NCBI GenBank assembly: GCA_963668315.1
Contig: OY764216.1
Span: forward strand, 640,001-704,000
From: Spirochaetia bacterium
GTDB lineage: Bacteria; Spirochaetota; Spirochaetia; DSM-2461
Direction: 5' to 3'
DNA length: 64,000 nucleotides
The stretch's first letter is position 1, and each line of letters starts with the position of its first letter. The position numbers and the translations under genes were made by a program. Under the pieces are notes generated by a model, which had not been told where the DNA came from, ran no database searches, and saw nothing but the letters and a program-made list of their open reading frames with translations. Shown here one piece after another: positions 57,245 to 64,000 of this stretch.

Positions 57245-57698
57245 AGTAATACCCAATCATCCTTACTCCGTGAAAATCTATCCGGATCGGACTTCTCCCA
57301 GAGAGAAAATGGTTAAGCTTTGTCCTTAGGCGGCTCAGGGGAACTTTCACGGTATCCCCTCCGGCGATATGGCGAATTTCCCCATGGGAAAGAAACTTGT
57401 CCGGGCGGAGAAGAAACGTGAAGAGAAGGCATCTTTCCCTGTTCGACAGATTCAGGTTCTCGCCGCGGCATCGGAGGACATGGCCATCTACAACGGCAGA
57501 TCCGCCGGGAAGAACGAAATACTCCCGATTGAAATACCTGTGACACTCTCGGGTATCGGGAATACCGTACTCCTCTTCATTATAATAGAGGACCGGTATG
57601 GTACCTGTCCTGTAAGAACGGCTTTCTACCGTGTCAGGCAAAAGGCAAAGGGCGGGATAACGGGAAGGATCAGGCTTATACACAAACCGCCACTCCAT
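57207..57698 (-). CDS. Small protein with an OmpR/Trans_reg_C-like winged-helix domain
   Basis: LNLSNRERCLL...LSHGEI...TVKVPLSRLRTKL...VRMIGYYL; start uncertain. Confidence 0.6.
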   Translation of the reverse strand: MEWRFVYKPDPSRYPALCLLPDTVESRSYRTGTIPVLYYNEEEYGIPDTRECHRYFNREYFVLPGGSAVVDGHVLRCRGENLNLSNRERCLLFTFLLRPDKFLSHGEIRHIAGGDTVKVPLSRLRTKLNHFLSGRSPIRIDFHGVRMIGYYLGITVDNLWKTE

Positions 57699-57752
57699 TC
57701 CAGGAGGAGGCTTCAGGGAACGAAACCTGTTTTCGCCTCCGATGACATCAAT

Positions 57753-57782
57753 AAAAAACCCGGGCTCCCACGAGCCCGGGTT
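57753..57782 (-). terminator. Intrinsic terminator after the STAS gene
   Basis: CCCGGGCTC/GAGCCCGGG stem plus U6 on the minus strand. Confidence 0.85.
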
Positions 57783-57807
57783 CTTATCATCATAACTGGG
57801 AATAGAA

Positions 57808-58362
57808 CTAGCCCAGATAAACCTGACCGGAATTATCTATAGCCAGGATGGTCTTGCATTCACTGCAGCGGAAGCGCCCCGCCTTTGTGGCCTTCAGTTT
57901 CTTCGAACAGATCGGACAGCGGAAGATTTTAGGGAATACCGATTCGGAACGGCCGCCCCCTTCACTTGAAAAGAAGCCTACCGCTTCATCCAGATTATCT
58001 TTGATATTAAAAAACTGGGAAAAGCCGAGCAACTGAAAAACTTCATAGACCTTAGGCTGAATCTCAAGCAGAACCAGATCTCCGCCCTTGGGTTTTACGG
58101 CCTTAAGAAAATGTGTAAATGAACCGATGCCCGTACTGGATACATAATTCAGGCTACCGCAATTAAAAATCAGCTTGGTAAATCCTGTCTCTATGGCCTT
58201 ATTAACCCTCTTTTGAAAAAGGTTTGAATTATACGTATCAATATAGCCGGACAAATAGAGGACAAGACATCCTTTTACGCTGTCGATTTTTTGTAATCTA
58301 ATTTTTAAGCTATCATCTTTTTCGATGTCAAATCCAGGTATAATCTCATTATTGTTTGTCAT
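57808..58362 (-). CDS. STAS-domain anti-sigma factor antagonist with a C-terminal zinc ribbon
   Basis: LSGYIDTYN, LNYVSSTGIG, VYEVFQLLGF; CPIC...CSEC; own promoter TTGACA-N17-TAAAAT (58423-58395). Confidence 0.9.
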   Translation of the reverse strand: MTNNNEIIPGFDIEKDDSLKIRLQKIDSVKGCLVLYLSGYIDTYNSNLFQKRVNKAIETGFTKLIFNCGSLNYVSSTGIGSFTHFLKAVKPKGGDLVLLEIQPKVYEVFQLLGFSQFFNIKDNLDEAVGFFSSEGGGRSESVFPKIFRCPICSKKLKATKAGRFRCSECKTILAIDNSGQVYLG

Positions 58363-58476
58363 ATAACAACCTTGAATAGAATGTCTCTTTTGTTATTTTA
58401 TTAACTGCCTTTCCTTTTGTCAAACAGTTCTCACTTTTTTTTACTCTTTTTACATATAACCATATGAAAAAGGGGT

Positions 58477-59601
58477 TTAATTAAACAAGATATGTCTTGT
58501 TTCTATTTTTTCCTGTCCTTCGCATTCAATCAGCGCACGTTTGATTACGTTCTGCAATTCCCGTATGTTTCCGGGCCAATCATAATTAAGCAGCTTATCC
58601 AAAGCACCCTTTGTAAGGGAAACGTCCGCGCCGCCGCCGGTACAGAAGGAATCCGCCAGGAAGGGTACATCCTCCATCCTCTCCCGCAGGGGAGGAACAT
58701 GGATCATAAGGGTGTTTATCCGGTGGAAAAGGTCCGTCCTGAAATGACCCTCTTCCACGGATTTCCACAAATCTTCGTTTGTCGCCGATATTAAGCGAAA
58801 ATCAACATCTTTCTCTTCGGAAGAACCGAGAGGCCGTATCTTCTTCTCCTGCAGAACTCTCAGAAAAGCCATCTGGCTTTTCTGGCTGAGAAGGCCGATT
58901 TCATCCAGAAAAAAGACTCCTCCCCCGGCATGAATAAGCAGTCCTTCCCGGCTTTCCGCACCGGTATAGGCCCCCTTCTTCACACCAAAAAGATCGGAAG
59001 CAAGAAACTGGTCATCCGCATAGGAGGCCTGATAGGGAACGAAGGGGCGGCCTTCACCATGGCCGACTTCGTAGATAGCCCGGGCGACAAGTTCCTTACC
59101 CGTTCCATTTTCGCCCATGATCAGAACGGGAGAATCGCTATCGGCGGCATATTTGTCAATTTTCCGCCAGACAGCTTTCATCCCTTCGGAAATACCCAGC
59201 ATACCGTAATAGGATGCGCGTTCATCACCGGAATAGGTACCGGAACATCCCTCTTCCAATAAGCTTCGGCAGGATTCCAGCAGATCATTCAGCAGGGGCG
59301 GTCCCGAATATAATCCCGTCACGAGATAATGTTCCTCCAAGGCTCCCATCAGGGGGAAATCCTGAGGAGAAACAAGAAGAATCATGGGGAGGCGGGATTC
59401 TTTTTCCAGCGTATCAAGAAAGGCCCCTACCGCAGAAGAACCGGCCATGCCGTCGATCACCAGCAGATCGTAAGTGACCCGCTCATGTTTTTCCAGAAAA
59501 TCCCGCAGACTGAAACCGGATGCCAGGGTGACAGGACTCTTGTTGTCATTTTCCTCAAAGTAGAATCGATCACTATCCCCGAGAAAAAAAATCCGCTCCA
59601 T
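58477..59601 (-). CDS. Sigma54-dependent activator (AAA+ bEBP) with a degenerate receiver and no C-terminal HTH
   Basis: GENGTGKE, GAYTGA, FLDEIG, FRTDLFHRI, WPGNIRELQN; ends shortly after sensor II. Confidence 0.88.
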   Translation of the reverse strand: MERIFFLGDSDRFYFEENDNKSPVTLASGFSLRDFLEKHERVTYDLLVIDGMAGSSAVGAFLDTLEKESRLPMILLVSPQDFPLMGALEEHYLVTGLYSGPPLLNDLLESCRSLLEEGCSGTYSGDERASYYGMLGISEGMKAVWRKIDKYAADSDSPVLIMGENGTGKELVARAIYEVGHGEGRPFVPYQASYADDQFLASDLFGVKKGAYTGAESREGLLIHAGGGVFFLDEIGLLSQKSQMAFLRVLQEKKIRPLGSSEEKDVDFRLISATNEDLWKSVEEGHFRTDLFHRINTLMIHVPPLRERMEDVPFLADSFCTGGGADVSLTKGALDKLLNYDWPGNIRELQNVIKRALIECEGQEKIETRHILFN

Positions 59602-59609
59602 AACCGTCC

Positions 59610-60059
59610 TTAATTAATCAACAGAAAGAGGTACTCATTAATCTCATCCCAGTCCAATTGAAGTTTTTTTGTGATGAACTCGCCCAGCACTTTCCTGATG
59701 GGAAAAATCAGCAGAATGAAACCAATGAGAGTGCTGATGATTCCCGGATAGATCATATAGATTACAGCGGGGATGGAGCCGGCGTAGGCCAGATAGTAAT
59801 CCATGCAATTCTCTCCTTCGTCCTTTGCCTCCCTGATATTATCAATCAGAAGGGAAAAGGTTCGGAAGAGACCTACCTGTCCTACGGCCGTAAAAAAGAA
59901 GAAAACCGTAAAAGCCAGATAGGTTCCCATCAGTCTCATCAGGAAGACAAGAAAAAAGATGTCTCCCAGGAAAAGAAGCGACGCCAGGGTAAAAAAGAAA
60001 AGTATATTGAATATATTCTCTTTCTTAAAGAAATACAGAAAGAGCTGTATGTTAACCAT
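59610..60059 (-). CDS. FxsA-like membrane protein
   Basis: 149 aa, hydrophobic; IYPGIISTLIGFILLIFPIR resembles the FxsA PG..TD..G motif. Confidence 0.6.
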   Translation of the reverse strand: MVNIQLFLYFFKKENIFNILFFFTLASLLFLGDIFFLVFLMRLMGTYLAFTVFFFFTAVGQVGLFRTFSLLIDNIREAKDEGENCMDYYLAYAGSIPAVIYMIYPGIISTLIGFILLIFPIRKVLGEFITKKLQLDWDEINEYLFLLIN

Positions 60060-60071
60060 AGACGGATTCTA

Positions 60072-60785
60072 CTATTTTAGCTTTACCGTTTCAACCATAT
60101 AACGGATATTTCCATTTTCATAGAATTTCGCTATGATAATGATAATCGATCTGTTATTCGGCCCGACAAGCACACGGTTTATGTTGTACTTCTCCACTCC
60201 CGATCTCTTGTAGTTGGGATGGCCCACGGTGTAGGTCTGCACCAGACCGTCTGAGGATCTTACGGACAGGTCCAGCGAAAAGGTCGAACTGACGGGAGTG
60301 CCTTCCTGTTTTTCCTGATTCAACGTGAGCTGATAATGATCACCTGTCACGAAATCGTTGAACTCAAGGTTATTCATTCCCGGATTCTCTTCGGATTCCA
60401 GGTTTTCGGGACTTTCGGGATTATCGTCAATCCTTATGTATACGGGCCGCCCCGTCTCCAGATACTCAATGGAGTAGGATGTCCGTACGGCAGCATTGTC
60501 TTCCAGTAGGGAAAAGAGCGCACCCTCCACGGACTGACCGGGAACGACCGTATAATCATAACTCCCTTTTGAGACGCCCTTAGGGACAAACAGATTTCTT
60601 TCCACATCCACCGTGTAAATTTCGGCATAGGAGTGGTGAACTTCGGCGTCGTATCCGTAAAACCCAAACATGAAATATTTGCCGTCCGGCGAAAATCCCA
60701 GATTTACGAACTCCGCCCGGTCACCCGCAGCCAGAGGGGCAATAATAAACATAAGGGCAAAGGCTAATAGTAATACTCTTCTCAT
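60072..60785 (-). CDS. DUF2259-like secreted protein
   Basis: Signal peptide, then AGDRAEFVNLGFSPDGKYFMFG.YG; C-terminal IRYMVETVK. Confidence 0.75.
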   Translation of the reverse strand: MRRVLLLAFALMFIIAPLAAGDRAEFVNLGFSPDGKYFMFGFYGYDAEVHHSYAEIYTVDVERNLFVPKGVSKGSYDYTVVPGQSVEGALFSLLEDNAAVRTSYSIEYLETGRPVYIRIDDNPESPENLESEENPGMNNLEFNDFVTGDHYQLTLNQEKQEGTPVSSTFSLDLSVRSSDGLVQTYTVGHPNYKRSGVEKYNINRVLVGPNNRSIIIIIAKFYENGNIRYMVETVKLK

Positions 60786-60804
60786 TTTCCTACCTCAGTA
60801 CTAA

Positions 60805-60831
60805 TTATCGGTCTTACAGGGGGAACCTTTA
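60805..60831 (-). promoter_or_regulatory. Sigma28 (FliA)-like promoter
   Basis: TAAAGGTT-N11-ACCGATAA versus consensus TAAAGTTT-N11-GCCGATAA. Confidence 0.6.
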
Positions 60832-60859
60832 TCAGAATAAATCGAGAAAAGAATTTGTA

Positions 60860-61807
60860 TCAGCAAAATCCTTCCTGTCCTGACAGATGAACTTCTCCCT
60901 TATAGAAGTTCTTAATATTATCCCGTATCCTGCCAGAAAGGGAAGGTGCTTCCAGGGCCTGGATGTTATCCTTTAGATGTTCCAGGCTTCCCGTGCCCGT
61001 GAGAATCACGTCAAAAAGATCTTCATCCCTGACGAAACGATAGGCCAGACCGGGAAAACTCACCGAATCGGTCCCTCTGAAAAGCTCATCCTTAAATTCA
61101 TAAAAATCGCTCAGGGTAAAACGGAACCTTCCCTCTCCGATCATTTTGTCCATGTATTTTCCGAACTGCTCGTTATTTACCAGGGCTTTTCTGACGGCAA
61201 ACATATTCACTCTGAATATCCCCAGGGCCCCTGCCCGGCGCAGCAGGGAGGAAGCGCCCTGGTTCAACAGGTTGTATCCGACCATAAGGGCGTCCCAAAT
61301 GCTGTCCTTAACCGCCCTTTCCATCATTTCATGGGTCATATCCCGGCCGAACATTTCCGAAATGCCTATCATCCGTATCTTGCCTTCCCTCTTCAGGCTT
61401 TCCAGAAGGGGATAGGCCTCATCTACGGCTCTGTCATAGTCTTCGGGCATGACAGCATGAAGATAGTATACATCGAGATAGTCGGTTTTCAGTTTTCTCA
61501 GTGTGTCTTCGAGGGCATTCTTTATCTGAGCGGCGGATTTCCAGTTATCCTGATCCTTGAGCATGACCTTGGAGCAAAGCGTTATCTCCGAGCGGTCCTT
61601 ATCGCACAAGGCATCTCCCAGCACGGACTCCGTACCGTAGACTTCGGCCGTATCAAAGAAGCGGATTCCCAGCTCATAAGCCGTACGGACAACTCTCTGA
61701 GCCTCTTTTTCGGATGATCTCCGGGAGCCAATGCCCAGGCGGCTGAAACCGCCGCATCCCAACCCAATAGAGGAGGTCGATTTGCCTCCTGCCCATACCG
61801 TTTCCAT
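60860..61807 (-). CDS. Aldo/keto reductase
   Basis: IGLGCGG, FFDTAEVYGTE, LRKLKTDYLDVYYLH, GKIRMIGIS. Confidence 0.9.
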   Translation of the reverse strand: METVWAGGKSTSSIGLGCGGFSRLGIGSRRSSEKEAQRVVRTAYELGIRFFDTAEVYGTESVLGDALCDKDRSEITLCSKVMLKDQDNWKSAAQIKNALEDTLRKLKTDYLDVYYLHAVMPEDYDRAVDEAYPLLESLKREGKIRMIGISEMFGRDMTHEMMERAVKDSIWDALMVGYNLLNQGASSLLRRAGALGIFRVNMFAVRKALVNNEQFGKYMDKMIGEGRFRFTLSDFYEFKDELFRGTDSVSFPGLAYRFVRDEDLFDVILTGTGSLEHLKDNIQALEAPSLSGRIRDNIKNFYKGEVHLSGQEGFC

Positions 61808-61955
61808 AAAAAGAAGTTTACCATGGAAATGGGGTGTGAGCAAAAGAAAACTGAAGAATCTGCCGGGGGAAAAACGGTTCAGAAAGAATTCCCTATGTCA
61901 AATTATGAAATTGCGTGGGCTTTCCAATTTCCGGCAAATCGGTTATTCTTTACCT

Positions 61956-62144
61956 ATGGAAATTAAAATCAATGTGAGGGACAATGGAGCCTGCCCGATG
62001 TGCCGATACCATGGGAAATGTACGATCCAGAATTTTGTCCGGGAATGCATCGGGGACAAAATAATAAACAAGGACGATTTCATGGAGTTGGTTATTTACC
62101 GCTGTCCTCAGTTCGCCGAAGACGGCCCCAGGCTGAAGCACTAA
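61956..62144 (+). CDS. 62-aa cysteine-rich hypothetical protein
   Basis: MEIKINVRDNGACPMC..HGKC...MELVIYRCP; TTTCCA-N17-TATTCT ends 6 nt before the ATG. Confidence 0.6.
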   Translation: MEIKINVRDNGACPMCRYHGKCTIQNFVRECIGDKIINKDDFMELVIYRCPQFAEDGPRLKH

Positions 62145-62157
62145 ACAGGAGTGCCTA

Positions 62158-62580
62158 ATGACAGAAATCTTTTTATTCAGAGGCTTTACCCAAGAGGATA
62201 TCAACAGAGGGAAATCGGAATTAACCTCTAAGGGCATCAATACCGGCGATATGATTTTTCTGCCGGCCGACAGGGCCATGCTTGAAGAAAACGTCGAAAG
62301 CCTCTTAACACGTATAGAACAAGAGGACGTCACATCGGAAGGAAACGCTCCCGGAAGCATGGCCGTTATTATGGCGGTGGGTTCCCAGGAGAAAGCCCTG
62401 ACCGTTATGAGAACCTTTAAAAGGATCCTCGAGACTCCGGAAAAGCCGGCCTTCGCCATGATTACTCCGACATCCTTAACCTGGACCCTCGGCTATTACA
62501 TGGATCATGTCACAAAGGAGCACGAGTACATGAAGACCCATAATCCGGCGGATGACCCGGATATGAAAAAGATCAACTGA
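62158..62580 (+). CDS. DUF3783-like hypothetical protein
   Basis: AGGAG RBS; FAMITPTSLTWTL...V.KEHEYM motif. Confidence 0.7.
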   Translation: MTEIFLFRGFTQEDINRGKSELTSKGINTGDMIFLPADRAMLEENVESLLTRIEQEDVTSEGNAPGSMAVIMAVGSQEKALTVMRTFKRILETPEKPAFAMITPTSLTWTLGYYMDHVTKEHEYMKTHNPADDPDMKKIN

Positions 62581-62622
62581 AAACCGGAGCTTTTCGCTCC
62601 GGATTATCAGCGAAGGGTCTGC

Positions 62623-63477
62623 TTATCCCTTCAAACCTTCCGTACTGATTCCTTCTATCAGATACTTCTGCAAAGCAATAAATATCCCGAATACCGGCAG
62701 GAGAGAAAGAAACGACATGGCGTAGATCGCTCCCCAGTCGGTCTGTCCGCTGGGGTCGGAAAAGGAACGCAGGGCCAGGGAAATCGTATACAGCTTGGGC
62801 TTGTTAAGGTAGATCAGGGGCATCAGGAACTCTCCCCATGACCAGTAAAAGGCAAATATCGCCGCAGTAATCATGGCCGGCGTACAGAGGGGCATGATAA
62901 TCGTGAAGAACGTTTTATACCGGTTGCACCCGTCAATTTCCGCCGCCTCATCCAGAGAGCGGGGGACTCCGCGGATAAACTGAACGATCATAAAGATGAA
63001 AAATGCCCTTCCGAAAAAACTCGGCACGATAATCGGCTTGAAGCTGTTGACCCAGCCCAGCTTGGAGAACATGATGTACTGCGGAATCAGCTGGATCTGC
63101 AGGGGAAGCATCAGGGTGGCCAGCATACAGGCGAACCAGAATTTCTTCAGGGGAAAATTGAGCCTGGCAAAACCATAGGCGATAAAGGCAGAAGAGAAAA
63201 CCAGGGCCAGAGTGGTAACCACTGAGATGATAATCGTATTTTTATAGAAAACGGAAAAGGATATATTCCCGAATCCCTTCCAGCCGTCCATGTAATGCTC
63301 AAGAGTCGGCCTGAGAGGGTATATGGAGGACATGCGCGTCCAGATCTCTCCATCCGGTTTGAGGGAACTTCCCCCCAGCCATAGGATGGGATAGATCATG
63401 AAAATACCAATCAGGATTACCAGAGTATGGTAAATTATCGTGTTTCTCGTTCGTTTAGATCTGTTGACTTCAACCAT
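62623..63477 (-). CDS. Carbohydrate ABC transporter permease
   Basis: AYGFARLNFP, LDEAAEIDG, QKYLIEGISTEGLKG. Confidence 0.92.
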   Translation of the reverse strand: MVEVNRSKRTRNTIIYHTLVILIGIFMIYPILWLGGSSLKPDGEIWTRMSSIYPLRPTLEHYMDGWKGFGNISFSVFYKNTIIISVVTTLALVFSSAFIAYGFARLNFPLKKFWFACMLATLMLPLQIQLIPQYIMFSKLGWVNSFKPIIVPSFFGRAFFIFMIVQFIRGVPRSLDEAAEIDGCNRYKTFFTIIMPLCTPAMITAAIFAFYWSWGEFLMPLIYLNKPKLYTISLALRSFSDPSGQTDWGAIYAMSFLSLLPVFGIFIALQKYLIEGISTEGLKG

Positions 63478-63480
63478 AAA

Positions 63481-64000
63481 CTACTCCGATTCGTAATGTA
63501 CCCACATGGGGGAGGATTTGAAGATGAGTCCCGTGAAAAGGGCCACAGTAATAAGGAGAACAATAGCCATGGCCGAACCGTATCCCATCTGGAAACTCTC
63601 AAAGGCACGGGTATAGAGGTAAAGCGCATAGAAATTGGTTGTATCAAGGGGGGTCCCCTGTCCATTGGTAACGATGAATGCCTGGGTAAAGGCGGTAAAT
63701 CCTGTGATCATCTGCATAATCAGGTTGAAGAGGAAGATGGGCGTGAGCATGGGCAGGGTGATTTTGAAAAACTGCCTGATAGGTCCGGCCCCGTCAATGG
63801 AGGAGGACTCATAAAGGTCTGAAGGAATCTGCTTAAGTCCCGCCAGGAAAATCAGCATGGGTGATCCGAACTGCCAGACGACCAGGAGGATCAACGTCCA
63901 TATGGCGAAGCGGGGATCTCCCAGCCATACCGTGTCGGAAGGTAGATTGAATTTTCCCAGTATGGCATTCAGCAAGCCATCGGGACCGAAAATTTCCCGC
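63481..64000 (-). CDS. Sugar ABC transporter permease (5'-truncated by the window edge)
   Basis: WQFGSPMLIFLAGLKQIP..LYESSSIDGA, MGYGSAMA. Confidence 0.9.
   Translation of the reverse strand, partial: REIFGPDGLLNAILGKFNLPSDTVWLGDPRFAIWTLILLVVWQFGSPMLIFLAGLKQIPSDLYESSSIDGAGPIRQFFKITLPMLTPIFLFNLIMQMITGFTAFTQAFIVTNGQGTPLDTTNFYALYLYTRAFESFQMGYGSAMAIVLLITVALFTGLIFKSSPMWVHYESE

Noticed and set aside
57245..64000. GC-skew switch as proof of oriC
   Set aside because: The apparent skew is confounded by coding-strand codon bias, and only 7 kb lies to the right; it cannot be judged by eye.

Overview
64 kb of chromosomal DNA from a spirochaete, probably a free-living Spirochaetaceae member. This is inferred from DUF2259, FapA, STAS-zinc-ribbon and MGH1-like genes, TTTTCCACA DnaA boxes and cysteine-less 'A-N-G-x-x-E' solute-binding-protein signal peptides. 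About 60 CDSs are supportable. They include housekeeping genes (folE, zwf, lgt, rsmE, ctpA, lysC, murA, chorismate mutase), envelope-stress genes (pspA, degP, YccA, FxsA-like), three sugar ABC systems (one a pectin locus with GH28 and an AraC regulator), a YtrA/GntR ABC operon, several surface lipoproteins and a sigma-factor regulatory cluster. I saw no tRNA, rRNA, CRISPR array, transposase or integrase. The most interesting signals are non-coding: (1) two clusters of co-oriented DnaA boxes flanking an AT-rich tract at about 57.0-57.25 kb, with no dnaA in the window (oriC-like or DARS/datA-like); (2) two diverged, covarying copies of a structured RNA resembling the Flavo-1 motif; (3) a 22-aa leader peptide with mutually exclusive anti-SD pairings ahead of a CD3324-family gene; (4) a 22-bp palindrome at identical spacing in the promoters of two distant lipoprotein genes; (5) a small self-contained transcript carrying a 12-codon ORF; (6) a sigma28-like promoter ahead of an HTH-less sigma54 activator; (7) many apparently leaderless genes; (8) a REP-like mosaic next to folE. 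All family calls come from motif recognition by eye; no database searches were run.
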